DNA from: a virus
Strand: one strand, 5' to 3'
Length of the DNA: 64,000 bases
IMG/VR virus record: IMGVR_UViG_3300045988_154248
Below are positions 1-8,760 of the stretch, piece by piece. Under the pieces are notes generated by a model that ran no database searches, was not told the DNA's origin, and saw only the letters and a list, made by a program, of their open reading frames with translations. The stretch's first letter is position 1, and each line of letters starts with the position of its first letter. The translations under genes and the position numbers were made by a program.

Positions 1-129
1 ATCCGGAATATCTACAATTACATGATCTGAGTGTGTTTCTTTTATTTCTCCATTATGCCATTTACCTGTGTCTGGATCATGATACTTAACTTTTTGTTTT
101 ACCTTGAATAAATGTGTTAAATTTGCCAT
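1..129 (-). CDS. hypothetical protein, N-terminal part only (runs off window edge)
   Basis: ATG at 129-127 with GGAG upstream. The frame stays open to base 1 (MANLTHLFKVKQKVKYHDPDTGKW...). Overlaps the stop of 117..350. Confidence 0.4.
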   Translation of the reverse strand, partial: MANLTHLFKVKQKVKYHDPDTGKWHNGEIKETHSDHVIVDIPD

Positions 130-350
130 AATTTCTCATCTCCGTTTCTTGGGTCAATATAATCATCGCCATATTCTTCTTGATCTTCTTTATTGTAGAT
201 AATGCTTACATCACATTTTGGAATGTTATATTTATTATCATGTTTCCATTCTGAGAATAGTTTTCTTGCTTCATTTTCACTTGATGCGCAAAATTGAATC
301 GACCCATAGCCATCTACATTTTCATCATAACAAAATTGATATGTATACAT
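117..350 (-). CDS. hypothetical small acidic protein
   Basis: 77-aa ORF. GGAGG (plus cctcc 360-364) lies 9 nt upstream of the start. Confidence 0.55.
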   Translation of the reverse strand: MYTYQFCYDENVDGYGSIQFCASSENEARKLFSEWKHDNKYNIPKCDVSIIYNKEDQEEYGDDYIDPRNGDEKLWQI

Positions 351-379
351 ACATTTAGACCTCCGTTATAAAAATAATT

Positions 380-775
380 CTATAATATAAAGTGCAATTT
401 TGTTCCAGTAATTTTTCCATTTTTATATGATGAATCAAGTAATCTATATAATCCTGTTTCTTTTTCTTTTCCATTGTAGCTTTCTAGAAAATCTTTATAA
501 TTACCTTCATACATCTCATTATAAATTTCATCAAAATCACGATTATCCACATCTCCAGTTACCTCAACATAACCGCCTTTCTCTTTGTAAGACACATTAT
601 GTAACAATACAACTTCATCACTGTTAATTGTATTTTGAATATCGGCATATGCTTTAAGTAACATGCCTTTCTTACCACAAACATCAAAATCAAAATAATA
701 TGCATCTAGTTCTAATGTTCCTTGTATATAATCCTCGTATACTTGCTCTTTAATTTCGCTTTTTGTATATAGCAT
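380..775 (-). CDS. hypothetical protein
   Basis: 131-aa ORF. GGAGG lies 7 nt upstream. Tiles the minus-strand operon. Confidence 0.6.
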   Translation of the reverse strand: MLYTKSEIKEQVYEDYIQGTLELDAYYFDFDVCGKKGMLLKAYADIQNTINSDEVVLLHNVSYKEKGGYVEVTGDVDNRDFDEIYNEMYEGNYKDFLESYNGKEKETGLYRLLDSSYKNGKITGTKLHFIL

Positions 776-847
776 ATAATAACCTCCACTTTTTCATATT
801 TGGTTTTATCTGTGTTATAATACTATTTAAATCTCCGTTTTTATGTA

Positions 848-1042
848 TTATCTTTGTTTTATATATACGTTCTCCATATTTTCAATCCGTCCACATAGTA
901 AGTTCAATACCAATTTCAATTTTTCCATATCATTATATTCGAATGCCAATATAAGACCTTGAAGTGTTTTATTTCTATATTCTTCATCATCATATACATC
1001 TGACAAACATGAGCAAATTCTTTTTGCTAACTTTTTCGTCAT
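848..1042 (-). CDS. hypothetical protein
   Basis: ORF track gives 848..1087. An internal ATG at 1042 (MTKKLAKRIC...) reduces the overlap with 990..1325. Confidence 0.4.
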   Translation of the reverse strand: MTKKLAKRICSCLSDVYDDEEYRNKTLQGLILAFEYNDMEKLKLVLNLLCGRIENMENVYIKQR

Positions 1043-1325
1043 TCGCTTCTTTTTCCCAGTCATACACCGGAATGTCATCAATAACATCTGCGTCTCTATC
1101 CATTCGGATCAAGTCAATTCCATTTATCCATGCATACTGAAGTAAGATCCGTAAATCTTTTGGCATATCACTGATATTGGTTTCGTTTTTATCTGGAACA
1201 CTCATAAAAATACCTTCTTCATATTCATAGGTATATGGTGGTTCCATGGCACTGAGTCCTTCAAGTGTTTTCTGTTTTAAATGTGCTGTACTAATTTCTA
1301 GATATTTTCTTTCATTTGTTTTCAT
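990..1325 (-). CDS. hypothetical protein
   Basis: 111-aa ORF. GGGAG lies upstream, preceded by a TGAAA-N6-TTTCA element. Confidence 0.6.
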   Translation of the reverse strand: MKTNERKYLEISTAHLKQKTLEGLSAMEPPYTYEYEEGIFMSVPDKNETNISDMPKDLRILLQYAWINGIDLIRMDRDADVIDDIPVYDWEKEANDEKVSKKNLLMFVRCI

Positions 1326-1342
1326 ATTTTGATTCTCCCTTC

Positions 1343-1358
1343 TGAAATCCTTGTTTCA
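1343..1358 (-). promoter_or_regulatory. intercistronic element TGAAA-N6-TTTCA (copy 1)
   Basis: The mRNA strand reads AATGAAACAAGGATTTCAGAAGGGAG. It sits immediately 5' of the SD of 990..1325. Confidence 0.5.
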
Positions 1359-1372
1359 TTTTTCTATTATTC

Positions 1373-1412
1373 TCCAACAAAAAGGAACCATACACTATTT
1401 TGTATGATTCCT
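1373..1412 (-). terminator. intrinsic terminator-like hairpin
   Basis: AGGAA/TTCCT and CATAC/GTATG stems are followed on the minus strand by TTTTTGTT. Lies downstream of 1438..1668. Confidence 0.5.
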
Positions 1413-1437
1413 TCGTTAATTTTATTCTGGCAATATT

Positions 1438-1668
1438 TTATAAGTTAATTGGTTCATCATTCTCATCATATTCAATCGGATAAATCTTCGCTGCATAACC
1501 AATATTTTTTAATTTATCATAAATTTCCATTGTAATTGTTTCGCCACCTACTGACCATTCAAGCGAAAATCTACTATCATTGTTTTCAATGATTTCAATC
1601 AAATGATCTAATAATTCTTCTGTATTACTTGCTCTTTCCATCTGTTCTTTAATATTATTCATAATCAT
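1438..1668 (-). CDS. hypothetical protein
   Basis: ORF track gives 1438..1677 with a GTG start. ATG at 1668 lies 8 nt after GGAGG. Confidence 0.6.
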   Translation of the reverse strand: MIMNNIKEQMERASNTEELLDHLIEIIENNDSRFSLEWSVGGETITMEIYDKLKNIGYAAKIYPIEYDENDEPINL

Positions 1669-1682
1669 AAATAGCACCTCCT

Positions 1683-1698
1683 TGAAATGCGGTTTTCA
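1683..1698 (-). promoter_or_regulatory. intercistronic element TGAAA-N6-TTTCA (copy 2)
   Basis: Sequence TGAAATGCGGTTTTCA. Its TGA is the stop codon of 1696..1989 and its 3' half abuts the next SD. Confidence 0.5.
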
Positions 1699-1989
1699 TT
1701 TACTCAATACTTTCCATTTATCAATATTTTCAGTATCAAAAAACGAATGTAATTCCTCTTCTGATAATGGTGTAATTCCATAAACACCATCATATCCAAA
1801 TTTTTTCAAATCATCTTTTATAAACTCTTCTGCTTCTTCAAAAGTTGGATAATGATCTGCTTTGATTGCTATACTATACTCCGTATCAATAAGACCTCTA
1901 TTGATTTCACATCCATTTTCTGCTCCATTTTTAATTTCTTCTTCTGTTGCCTTTACTCCGCAATTTAATTCGTAATATTTAATCTTCAT
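1696..1989 (-). CDS. hypothetical protein
   Basis: ORF track gives 1696..2013. ATG at 1989 (MKIKYYELN) lies 7 nt after GGGAGG. Confidence 0.6.
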   Translation of the reverse strand: MKIKYYELNCGVKATEEEIKNGAENGCEINRGLIDTEYSIAIKADHYPTFEEAEEFIKDDLKKFGYDGVYGITPLSEEELHSFFDTENIDKWKVLSK

Positions 1990-2362
1990 AATATTCCTCC
2001 CAATCTTCTTCACTTAACGATTTCCATAATTCAAGACTCATTTCCTCGCACGCTTCCATATCCTCATAAACATCTTTCATATCATATGGTGCGCCATTTG
2101 TTCCATGCCCTGTATTGTCTAGCCACAAATAAGCCTCATAGCTGCAATCATAATTATCATAATAATCTTTAATGTTATTTAATAGTGCGTATACATTATT
2201 ATCTTCCATCTCTGCCTCAAAATTGAAATCTTGACCTGCCGGACTATATTTAGAAAATTCATAAGAAAAATTATCTCCGTCATTTGATTCAACATCAACT
2301 TCCCATCCGTTTTCTTCTGCAATTTCTACAATTCTATCTCTCATGGCTTGTAATTTATTCAT
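1979..2362 (-). CDS. hypothetical highly acidic protein
   Basis: 127-aa D/E-rich ORF. GGAGG lies 8 nt upstream. Confidence 0.65.
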   Translation of the reverse strand: MNKLQAMRDRIVEIAEENGWEVDVESNDGDNFSYEFSKYSPAGQDFNFEAEMEDNNVYALLNNIKDYYDNYDCSYEAYLWLDNTGHGTNGAPYDMKDVYEDMEACEEMSLELWKSLSEEDWEEYYED

Positions 2363-2389
2363 ACCATCTACCTCCGATCAAATATATTG

Positions 2390-2551
2390 TTATTCACATT
2401 CTATACAATTATTTTCAATTTCTTCTTCTGTTTTCCATTCTTCAAGTCCAACGCATCTGCATTCACAACTATCTTTTTCATCACAGTAAAAGCAACATTT
2501 AGAGCATTTACTATCTTCTGGAACAGAAACATCAATTAAACATTTCAACAT
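2390..2551 (-). CDS. small Cys-rich protein (53 aa)
   Basis: Hand-translated as MLKCLIDVSVPEDSKCSKCCFYCDEKDSCECRCVGLEEW... GGTGAGGTG lies upstream. Below the ORF-track length cutoff. Confidence 0.4.
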   Translation of the reverse strand: MLKCLIDVSVPEDSKCSKCCFYCDEKDSCECRCVGLEEWKTEEEIENNCIECE

Positions 2552-2581
2552 ATTATCACCTCACCAAAATAATTAATCTTC

Positions 2582-3905
2582 TATAAATGAGCAAATCCAA
2601 AATATTGCACAAAAGAAAGACACCCTCTGTAGAAGGATGTATAATTGAAGTACCAACAAACAACATACTCACTCAAACAAGGGGGTGTCCGTTGCAAACA
2701 GTATACATCATTCCAAACATATTTACAATTACCTGAAAGCATTAAATCTCGGATTATTTTTATCCGATGTGTATCTGAACCACTTATTGACCATCATCCT
2801 GTCTGTTTTTCTCCGGGGATACCGGGGAAAAACAGTTGATTTCCAAGAAGTCAGCCATTGCCACAGGACAACGACCGCTTATTTCCTGAATCACGGAAAA
2901 TGGAAGGACGATGCATTGCAGGATGTTTTAAAAAGCAGCATCCTCCAAGCCATTTATAGGGAAGCACAGCGTTCCGGACAACCGATTTACTGTATTGTGG
3001 ATGATACGATTGCTTCACATACCCGGCCTTCGTCACAGGCGGTTCATCCAATCGAAGCTGCGTATTTTCATCAATCACATTTAAAAGGCTGTCAGGATTA
3101 TGGGCATCAGGTTGTCTCCGTTATGCTTTCCTGCAACGGGATTACCCTGAATTATGCAGTCATCCTGTACGATAAATCAAGATCAAAGATCCAGATTGTA
3201 CAGGAGATCGCGGAAGAACTTCCCGCTGCGCCGGTCATTTCCTACTTTCTTTGTGACAGCTGGTATACTACTGCAAAAGTGATGGACCGTTTTATTCGGA
3301 AAGGATTCTATACGGTTGGGGCATTAAAGACCAACCGAATCCTTTATCCATGCGGGATCCGTCAAAAAGCCAGTGCATTTGCCCTTCATTTGCGGAAAAC
3401 AGACCCGGATGTCAGCCTCGTGACCGTTGGCAGCCGTGAATTCTATGTATACCGCTATGAAGGGGAGTTGAATGGCATTCCAAATGCAGCGGTGATCCTC
3501 AGCTATCCGAAGGATGGATTTGGGAATCCCAAAGCATTGCGTGTATTTCTCTCTACAAATGCAGAGTTATCCACGCAGGAGATCCTGGACACCTATACGA
3601 AACGGTGGCCGATTGAATTATTTTTCCGGCAGAGCAAAAGTAAACTTGCGCTGGATAGTTATCAAATCCGATCCCGTCAGGGAATCCAAAGGTATTGGCT
3701 GATCATGTCGTTGGTCCACTATTTGTGCTGTATGCATTCTGGAAACTACTGCACATTCGAAGAGGGATACGCATCCTTGAAGCAGCAGCTAAAGCAGGAA
3801 CAGTTTGCAAACCTGTACCGCCTCATAAAAAGCAGCGCCTCATTCGAAGAAGCTTTTAAGTTTGTGGGATAAGTTTGTGCAAAATTCGATATTTGCTCAT
3901 TTATA
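2582..3905 (+). mobile_element. IS4-family insertion sequence
   Basis: Terminal inverted repeats TATAAATGAGCAAAT...TTGCACAAA at both ends. 8-bp direct target duplication TAATCTTC at 2574-2581 and 3907-3914. Visibly higher GC than the flanks. Confidence 0.8.
2685..3872 (+). CDS. DDE transposase, IS4 family
   Basis: 395-aa ORF on the strand opposite its neighbours. Carries DDT...CDSWY...YTKRWPIELFFRQSK, the Y-x2-R-x3-E-x6-K signature. Confidence 0.85.
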   Translation: MSVANSIHHSKHIYNYLKALNLGLFLSDVYLNHLLTIILSVFLRGYRGKTVDFQEVSHCHRTTTAYFLNHGKWKDDALQDVLKSSILQAIYREAQRSGQPIYCIVDDTIASHTRPSSQAVHPIEAAYFHQSHLKGCQDYGHQVVSVMLSCNGITLNYAVILYDKSRSKIQIVQEIAEELPAAPVISYFLCDSWYTTAKVMDRFIRKGFYTVGALKTNRILYPCGIRQKASAFALHLRKTDPDVSLVTVGSREFYVYRYEGELNGIPNAAVILSYPKDGFGNPKALRVFLSTNAELSTQEILDTYTKRWPIELFFRQSKSKLALDSYQIRSRQGIQRYWLIMSLVHYLCCMHSGNYCTFEEGYASLKQQLKQEQFANLYRLIKSSASFEEAFKFVG

Positions 3906-4223
3906 GTAATCTTCATAAACTCTATACATTTCCTCATATTCTTCCGACAAACTTCTCAATACATCTTTATAGATGTAAAGTTGATTATTTTCTAAATAGT
4001 TACGCAATCCTGTTTCCGTATCAAAGAATTCCTCAACTGCTGTCGAATTCGCCCATCTGTCAAAAGATACCAACGCAGCTACTCTTAACATCCATTTTCC
4101 ATTTGTTCCGCTATGTGGTTCTACAACCAGGAATAAAATTGTATCTGTTTTCGCTTGTAGTATGGCTTCGTATTCATCGACTTCATAACCGTTATCTTTG
4201 AACCAATTCTTTATAATATCCAT
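3897..4223 (-). CDS. hypothetical protein, C-terminus altered by IS insertion
   Basis: 108-aa ORF. The last codons (YYK-stop) come from the IS end. Without the IS the frame would stop at GAAGATTAA. Confidence 0.6.
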   Translation of the reverse strand: MDIIKNWFKDNGYEVDEYEAILQAKTDTILFLVVEPHSGTNGKWMLRVAALVSFDRWANSTAVEEFFDTETGLRNYLENNQLYIYKDVLRSLSEEYEEMYRVYEDYYK

Positions 4224-4237
4224 GATTTTTTCCTCAT

Positions 4238-4253
4238 TGAAATGTGCTTTTCA
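4238..4253 (-). promoter_or_regulatory. intercistronic element TGAAA-N6-TTTCA (copy 3)
   Basis: Sequence TGAAATGTGCTTTTCA. Its TGA is the stop of 4251..4514 and it sits just 5' of the SD of 3897..4223. Confidence 0.5.
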
Positions 4254-4514
4254 TTGTGTTATTCTCGCATATTTTAATGGATATTTCGAAAAATCCAAAT
4301 ATTCAGAATTATATACACTAGGAATAAATTTTCTAAAATCATCATAGTACCATGCTTTCCATAATTCTGTTCCGGTCTTTGCAAATTCCCTAGTGGCTTC
4401 TTGAAATGCGTCATATAACGTCATGTTATATACTTCCATATTTTCTTTTGTTCTTTCTTTTACCTTTTTAGGAACTCTACCAATTATCAAATCATCGTCA
4501 TAAAACATATTCAT
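4251..4514 (-). CDS. hypothetical protein
   Basis: ORF track gives 4251..4541. AGGAG followed by ATGAATATG favours a start at 4514 or 4508. Confidence 0.55.
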   Translation of the reverse strand: MNMFYDDDLIIGRVPKKVKERTKENMEVYNMTLYDAFQEATREFAKTGTELWKAWYYDDFRKFIPSVYNSEYLDFSKYPLKYARITQ

Positions 4515-4543
4515 ACTCCTTTTTTTATGAGAAGTTTTCATTG

Positions 4544-4747
4544 CTATTTTACTTTGTCCAATCCAAATAAAGCATCAGGAAAACTTCTCTTTATTTCTTC
4601 AAAATTTTCAAAGCAATCTGCATATCTATCTGTGCCATCTTCTATGTTCAATACGAGAAAACTTCTATCTCCATCATTCCATAATGTTCTTGCATCATGT
4701 TCTGAAATAATATCAAACCATTTTGAAAAATATTCTTCTGTAAACAT
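4544..4747 (-). CDS. hypothetical protein
   Basis: 67-aa ORF that tiles the operon. Confidence 0.55.
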   Translation of the reverse strand: MFTEEYFSKWFDIISEHDARTLWNDGDRSFLVLNIEDGTDRYADCFENFEEIKRSFPDALFGLDKVK

Positions 4748-4816
4748 TTCAATTCCTCCAATCTTTTAATTTATTAGTTTATCAAACCCTATCTTATTAT
4801 TCTCTGTCTTGTTGTA

Positions 4817-4850
4817 CTAAAAAAGCAGATAACTTTTTCGTCACCTGCTT
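4817..4850 (-). terminator. intrinsic terminator-like hairpin
   Basis: AAGCAG/CTGCTT stem followed by a U-run on the minus strand. Confidence 0.45.
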
Positions 4851-5002
4851 TCCTTAAATATTACGAAACTGCATCTCCGTATCATTTCATAATCTCTACA
4901 TCCTTTATAATTATCACACATCCAATTATAAATCTCTGTATCAGACATATTATGAAATTTTAGAATATGTTTTCTGCATTCATCTAAGATATATTCTTCC
5001 AT
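4841..5002 (-). CDS. small protein (53 aa)
   Basis: Hand-translated as MEEYILDECRKHILKFHNMSDTEIYNWMCDNYKGCRDYEMIRRC... AGGAG lies upstream. Confidence 0.4.
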   Translation of the reverse strand: MEEYILDECRKHILKFHNMSDTEIYNWMCDNYKGCRDYEMIRRCSFVIFKESR

Positions 5003-5005
5003 ATT

Positions 5006-5173
5006 TTACTCCTCAATTTCTTCAACATCACTTTCATCATAATGAGTATCTGCTATTGGAATACATCTATCAGATTCCAATTTTCCTTCCGCTATTCTAA
5101 GTGCTTCAGTTTCATTTTCTGCCTCTACTTCATATTCTTCATATGTTGTAAATGTCACACTATACTTCTTCAT
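5006..5173 (-). CDS. small acidic protein (55 aa)
   Basis: Hand-translated as MKKYSVTFTTYEEYEVEAENETEALRIAEGKLESDRC... GGAGG lies upstream. Confidence 0.45.
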   Translation of the reverse strand: MKKYSVTFTTYEEYEVEAENETEALRIAEGKLESDRCIPIADTHYDESDVEEIEE

Positions 5174-5175
5174 AA

Positions 5176-5382
5176 TCATTCCTCCATCATTTCATTAAAT
5201 TCTATCCAACTTTCAAAAGACTCTTCCAATCCTCTCGATCGAATGGTTTCCATTTCGTCTTCTGTCATTTCATAATTTTTATCTTCACAATATTGTTGGA
5301 CTGTATCATGCTCTGCTTCTAACCACTTATCATCGTCTTCAATTTTATCGACTTCTACTAATAATTTATCAAGTTCATTCAT
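5176..5382 (-). CDS. hypothetical acidic protein
   Basis: ORF track gives 5176..5415. ATG at 5382 (MNELDKLL) follows GGAGG. Confidence 0.55.
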   Translation of the reverse strand: MNELDKLLVEVDKIEDDDKWLEAEHDTVQQYCEDKNYEMTEDEMETIRSRGLEESFESWIEFNEMMEE

Positions 5383-5459
5383 AGTAGTCAACCTCCAATT
5401 CATGTCAACAATCAATAAAGAAAATCGTTCCGTTAAATATTTATTCTCTCTTTTTTTAA

Positions 5460-5475
5460 TGAAATTTCCGTTTCA
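5460..5475 (-). promoter_or_regulatory. intercistronic element TGAAA-N6-TTTCA (copy 4)
   Basis: Sequence TGAAATTTCCGTTTCA, directly after the stop of 5477..5629. Confidence 0.4.
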
Positions 5476-5476
5476 A

Positions 5477-5629
5477 TTATATTCCAAACGCCATAAATAC
5501 AATCGCACACAGCAACATACCAAATGCTGTAATCGCTAAAGCTCCTTTAATTGTCAAGTTAACTCTTGACATATGACTTCTCATATACCAACATGTCAAA
5601 CTAATTAATGCACATGTAATTCCTCTCAT
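5477..5629 (-). CDS. small hydrophobic membrane peptide (50 aa)
   Basis: Hand-translated as MRGITCALISLTCWYMRSHMSRVNLTIKGALAITAFGMLLCAIVFMAFGI. ATGA overlap with the upstream stop. Confidence 0.4.
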   Translation of the reverse strand: MRGITCALISLTCWYMRSHMSRVNLTIKGALAITAFGMLLCAIVFMAFGI

Positions 5630-5808
5630 TTTTTATCTCCTTTGTTCTCAAAACCTTTCTCTTTATAAGCATATTCTCTGTCATAAACTTCTTTATAGAA
5701 TTGAATATCCTGTGCTGTTGCTCTTTTTGCTTTCTCTATACAATTTTGTAAAAAAGCCAAACTTTCTTCCTTATTCAAATGTTTTCCTCCTGATACTTTC
5801 CGTTTCAT
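5626..5808 (-). CDS. hypothetical basic protein
   Basis: 60-aa ORF that tiles the operon. Confidence 0.5.
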   Translation of the reverse strand: MKRKVSGGKHLNKEESLAFLQNCIEKAKRATAQDIQFYKEVYDREYAYKEKGFENKGDKK

Positions 5809-6113
5809 TACAACTCATAATCTCTGCATAAATCCAACACTGTATCAATAATATTCTGTACGGAATCAATTCCATACCCGCTTAACATATCGAACGAAAC
5901 GTTGTCAGATGCGTATACTAAATCACAATAATGACACCATCCATCTTCTTCGTTATTAACAAATGTAATCTCAAGATTCACTTCGTTTGTTAATGGATAT
6001 TGCCAAGCTCTGTCATCAAATGATATTGGTCTATTTCCATTTCCGCTCCACATTTCAGGGTTCATCTGATTAAAAAAATTTTTTACAATTTTTTCTGCCG
6101 TTTCTCTTTTCAT
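5808..6113 (-). CDS. hypothetical protein
   Basis: ORF track gives 5808..6122. ATG at 6113 lies 8 nt after GGAG. Confidence 0.6.
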   Translation of the reverse strand: MKRETAEKIVKNFFNQMNPEMWSGNGNRPISFDDRAWQYPLTNEVNLEITFVNNEEDGWCHYCDLVYASDNVSFDMLSGYGIDSVQNIIDTVLDLCRDYEL

Positions 6114-6149
6114 TATCATCACTCCTAATTTTGAATTTTCTATTTCATT

Positions 6150-6344
6150 CTAATAAAAACATAAGACACCATCATATAAGTCCGGTGTAAATTCCTCAAT
6201 TCCCCATCGTGTAATATCTAATGGCAATCCTAAAGTTTCTAATAATTTTTTTCTTTGACATTTCATTTTTTCAAATGCATCGTTTTCATTATCTGCATAG
6301 ACAACACATCCGAAATTCTCTTGTGCTAAATAAAATACTTTCAT
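6150..6344 (-). CDS. hypothetical protein
   Basis: ORF track gives 6150..6359. ATG at 6344 (MKVFYLAQ) follows GGAGG. Confidence 0.55.
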   Translation of the reverse strand: MKVFYLAQENFGCVVYADNENDAFEKMKCQRKKLLETLGLPLDITRWGIEEFTPDLYDGVLCFY

Positions 6345-6371
6345 ATTGCTTTCCTCCACATAAATTTGTTT

Positions 6372-6710
6372 TCATAGATTTATTTTATCCTTGCATAAGT
6401 TATAAATAATTCCTCGTAGATCTTCAATTTCTGTTTCCGAAAGATATTCGCTTCTGTTAGTCTCCGGAATGTCATAAATATTACAACTATCATTTTCAAA
6501 CCATATTTCAAAAATATAATACCATATTCCATTATCACAATTGTATTCACAGTGGATAAAATATGAATTTCCATCTTTATCAATCAACTCTCCATCACCA
6601 ATGTCCAATGCAAAAGAAGTATCATCATTCCAATATGAATTGCATTTGAATTTTCTTCCATTTCCCCAATCTATTTCATAAAGGAGATTTTCGGTTTCTA
6701 TATATTTCAT
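6372..6710 (-). CDS. hypothetical protein
   Basis: ORF track gives 6372..6719. ATG at 6710 follows AGGAG. Confidence 0.6.
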   Translation of the reverse strand: MKYIETENLLYEIDWGNGRKFKCNSYWNDDTSFALDIGDGELIDKDGNSYFIHCEYNCDNGIWYYIFEIWFENDSCNIYDIPETNRSEYLSETEIEDLRGIIYNLCKDKINL

Positions 6711-6728
6711 TTCTATCACTCCTAATTT

Positions 6729-6744
6729 TGAAATCTACGTTTCA
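6729..6744 (-). promoter_or_regulatory. intercistronic element TGAAA-N6-TTTCA (copy 5)
   Basis: Sequence TGAAATCTACGTTTCA. Its TGA is the stop of 6742..6960 and it sits 5' of the SD of 6372..6710. Confidence 0.5.
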
Positions 6745-6960
6745 TTTAGCTGCTTCTATTACAATGGTAGAATCTTGTGTTGTGATAGACTTTATTTTCA
6801 TATCAAGAATACGATCCAATGGTTTATTAAAACCGTCTCTTTGTGTGCAAAAAACCAATTCTGCTCCATCACCATATTGCTTTCCGTCTGAGCAATCATA
6901 AATATCATAATTACAATTACAATCAAAATCATCATTATAAACTAAATCGCCAACAACCAT
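6742..6960 (-). CDS. hypothetical protein
   Basis: 72-aa ORF that tiles the operon. Confidence 0.55.
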   Translation of the reverse strand: MVVGDLVYNDDFDCNCNYDIYDCSDGKQYGDGAELVFCTQRDGFNKPLDRILDMKIKSITTQDSTIVIEAAK

Positions 6961-7166
6961 TCTTGTATCCTCCGATCATCAATTTCTTGTTTCTCTTTTT
7001 CGTGGATCTGTTCAAGCTCTTCATAAGTTACAGTTCGAGAATTATAACCTATACTTCTATAATATTTGGTATAATGATTTGCATTCTCTCTATCACAGCT
7101 TGTACATGTTTTTATAAATCCAGTATGCTTTTCTGTTGCAATCACGCAGACAACATTATCTTCCAT
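6942..7166 (-). CDS. hypothetical Cys-containing protein
   Basis: 74-aa ORF that overlaps its neighbour by 19 nt. Confidence 0.55.
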   Translation of the reverse strand: MEDNVVCVIATEKHTGFIKTCTSCDRENANHYTKYYRSIGYNSRTVTYEELEQIHEKEKQEIDDRRIQEWLLAI

Positions 7167-7224
7167 AATTGTTTCCTCTCTTTTCTCTTTCCGTTTTCGT
7201 TTCTGAAATCATCGTTTCTTATGG

Positions 7225-7512
7225 CTAAATAAATTCTTCAACATATCCCATCGCTAACACATCTTGCATATAATTATAAAAATTTCTAGTTACAATTATT
7301 TTTTCAGGCGAATAAATAATATGTCTTTCATCGTATAATCTGTTTAGAATTTCAATTTCTTCTTCATCCATTTTTGAATAGCTCCATCCTTGACATGCAT
7401 TTTTTATTGAATAGTCTATATACGGATATAATCTAAGTTCCTTTTGTGAAATTGTTCTATTCAAGAATGCCACCGCTTTTTCTTGAATGCTATCTGTTAG
7501 TATTCCTCTCAT
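7225..7512 (-). CDS. hypothetical protein
   Basis: 95-aa ORF. Confidence 0.6.
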   Translation of the reverse strand: MRGILTDSIQEKAVAFLNRTISQKELRLYPYIDYSIKNACQGWSYSKMDEEEIEILNRLYDERHIIYSPEKIIVTRNFYNYMQDVLAMGYVEEFI

Positions 7513-7540
7513 ATAAAAACCTCTCTTTCCTAGTAAATCC

Positions 7541-8398
7541 TCATTTCATTGTCTCAATTTTTATTAATGGTTTTATTCTTCTCCTACCAACATTTTTCCC
7601 TTGTCGTTTAAGTAACGATAAAGTTTTATTATATGTTTCAACATCTATAATTGGCTCAAAATTTCCTTTATAAGTTTCTCCACAAAAAATATTGTACCCA
7701 CAATATTGTGTTCGTGTAAGAATTTTTTGAACACTATAAGCTGTTGGGACTTTGCCTCTCTTACCTTTAAATCCTCTTTCTCTTGCTTCTTTCGCAACTT
7801 CTGATAAATTTTTTCTTAACGAATACTCAGAAAAACAAAAACGCACATATTCTGCTTCTTTTTTATTGATTTTAAATGAATCCTTTCCATCTAAATCATA
7901 TCCTAATATTTCAGAACAAGTACGTTTTCCTTGTGCGGCTCTCTCTGCCATAGCTGCACTAACTCTTTCACTTGTTAATTCTCTTTCTAGCTGTGCGAAT
8001 ACACCAACAATGCCAATCATTGCTCTACCCATTGGAGTAGATGTATCAAAAGCTTCAGTATATGAAACCATAGATATATTCCATTGTTGGAATTTTTCCA
8101 TTGTCGAATATAAATCCGATACACTTCTTGTAAATCTACTAAGTGCCCAAAATAAAACTAAATCAAATTTCCCATTTTTTGCATCATATAATAATCTATT
8201 TATATCTGGTCTATGTTCAATATCCTTTCCTGAAATTCCTTTGTCTGCATACAAATCATAAACATTATATTTCCGTTCCTCACACCATTTCCTAAGCGTT
8301 TTTTCTTGTGCATCTAAAGAATATCCTTCACGGACTTGATCGAGTGTGCTTACACGTATGTATATTGCTACTTGTTTTTTATTCTCCACATACAACAC
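7541..8398 (-). CDS. serine recombinase (resolvase/invertase catalytic domain plus recombinase domain; short form)
   Basis: N-terminal VAIYIRVSTLDQ...GYSLDAQ...DKGISG motif set. 285 aa, with no long C-terminal zinc-ribbon or coiled-coil region. Confidence 0.85.
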   Translation of the reverse strand: MLYVENKKQVAIYIRVSTLDQVREGYSLDAQEKTLRKWCEERKYNVYDLYADKGISGKDIEHRPDINRLLYDAKNGKFDLVLFWALSRFTRSVSDLYSTMEKFQQWNISMVSYTEAFDTSTPMGRAMIGIVGVFAQLERELTSERVSAAMAERAAQGKRTCSEILGYDLDGKDSFKINKKEAEYVRFCFSEYSLRKNLSEVAKEARERGFKGKRGKVPTAYSVQKILTRTQYCGYNIFCGETYKGNFEPIIDVETYNKTLSLLKRQGKNVGRRRIKPLIKIETMK

Positions 8399-8400
8399 CT

Positions 8401-8718
8401 CTATTCCTTTTTTATTCCAAATTCAAAACAAGCAGCACATCCCATTTTATCAGGGTACATGCCATCATTGTCAGCCACAATTTCCCATCCATATTCAAAA
8501 GATACTATGTTATCATATACTGCTTGTGGATTATCTTCATTACCATCCCAATCCGTAACTGGATTATCTCCATTTTTTAATGCTTCTAAATCACATATTA
8601 ACCTTCCATGTTTCCCATATTCATATCCGCTATGTAAATAATCGACTTTACCATTTTTATTAAAAACAACTAAAGTTAACCCACCGCCATTATCCTCAAT
8701 AACTTCATATTTCCTCAT
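8401..8718 (-). CDS. hypothetical protein
   Basis: ORF track gives 8401..8736 with a TTG start. ATG at 8718 lies 9 nt after GGAGGGG. Confidence 0.6.
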   Translation of the reverse strand: MRKYEVIEDNGGGLTLVVFNKNGKVDYLHSGYEYGKHGRLICDLEALKNGDNPVTDWDGNEDNPQAVYDNIVSFEYGWEIVADNDGMYPDKMGCAACFEFGIKKE

Positions 8719-8744
8719 AATATTTTTCCCCTCCAATCTTCAAA

Positions 8745-8760
8745 TGAAAATCTTGTTTCA
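8745..8760 (-). promoter_or_regulatory. intercistronic element TGAAA-N6-TTTCA (copy 6)
   Basis: Sequence TGAAAATCTTGTTTCA, between the stop of 8761..9012 and the SD of 8401..8718. Confidence 0.5.
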
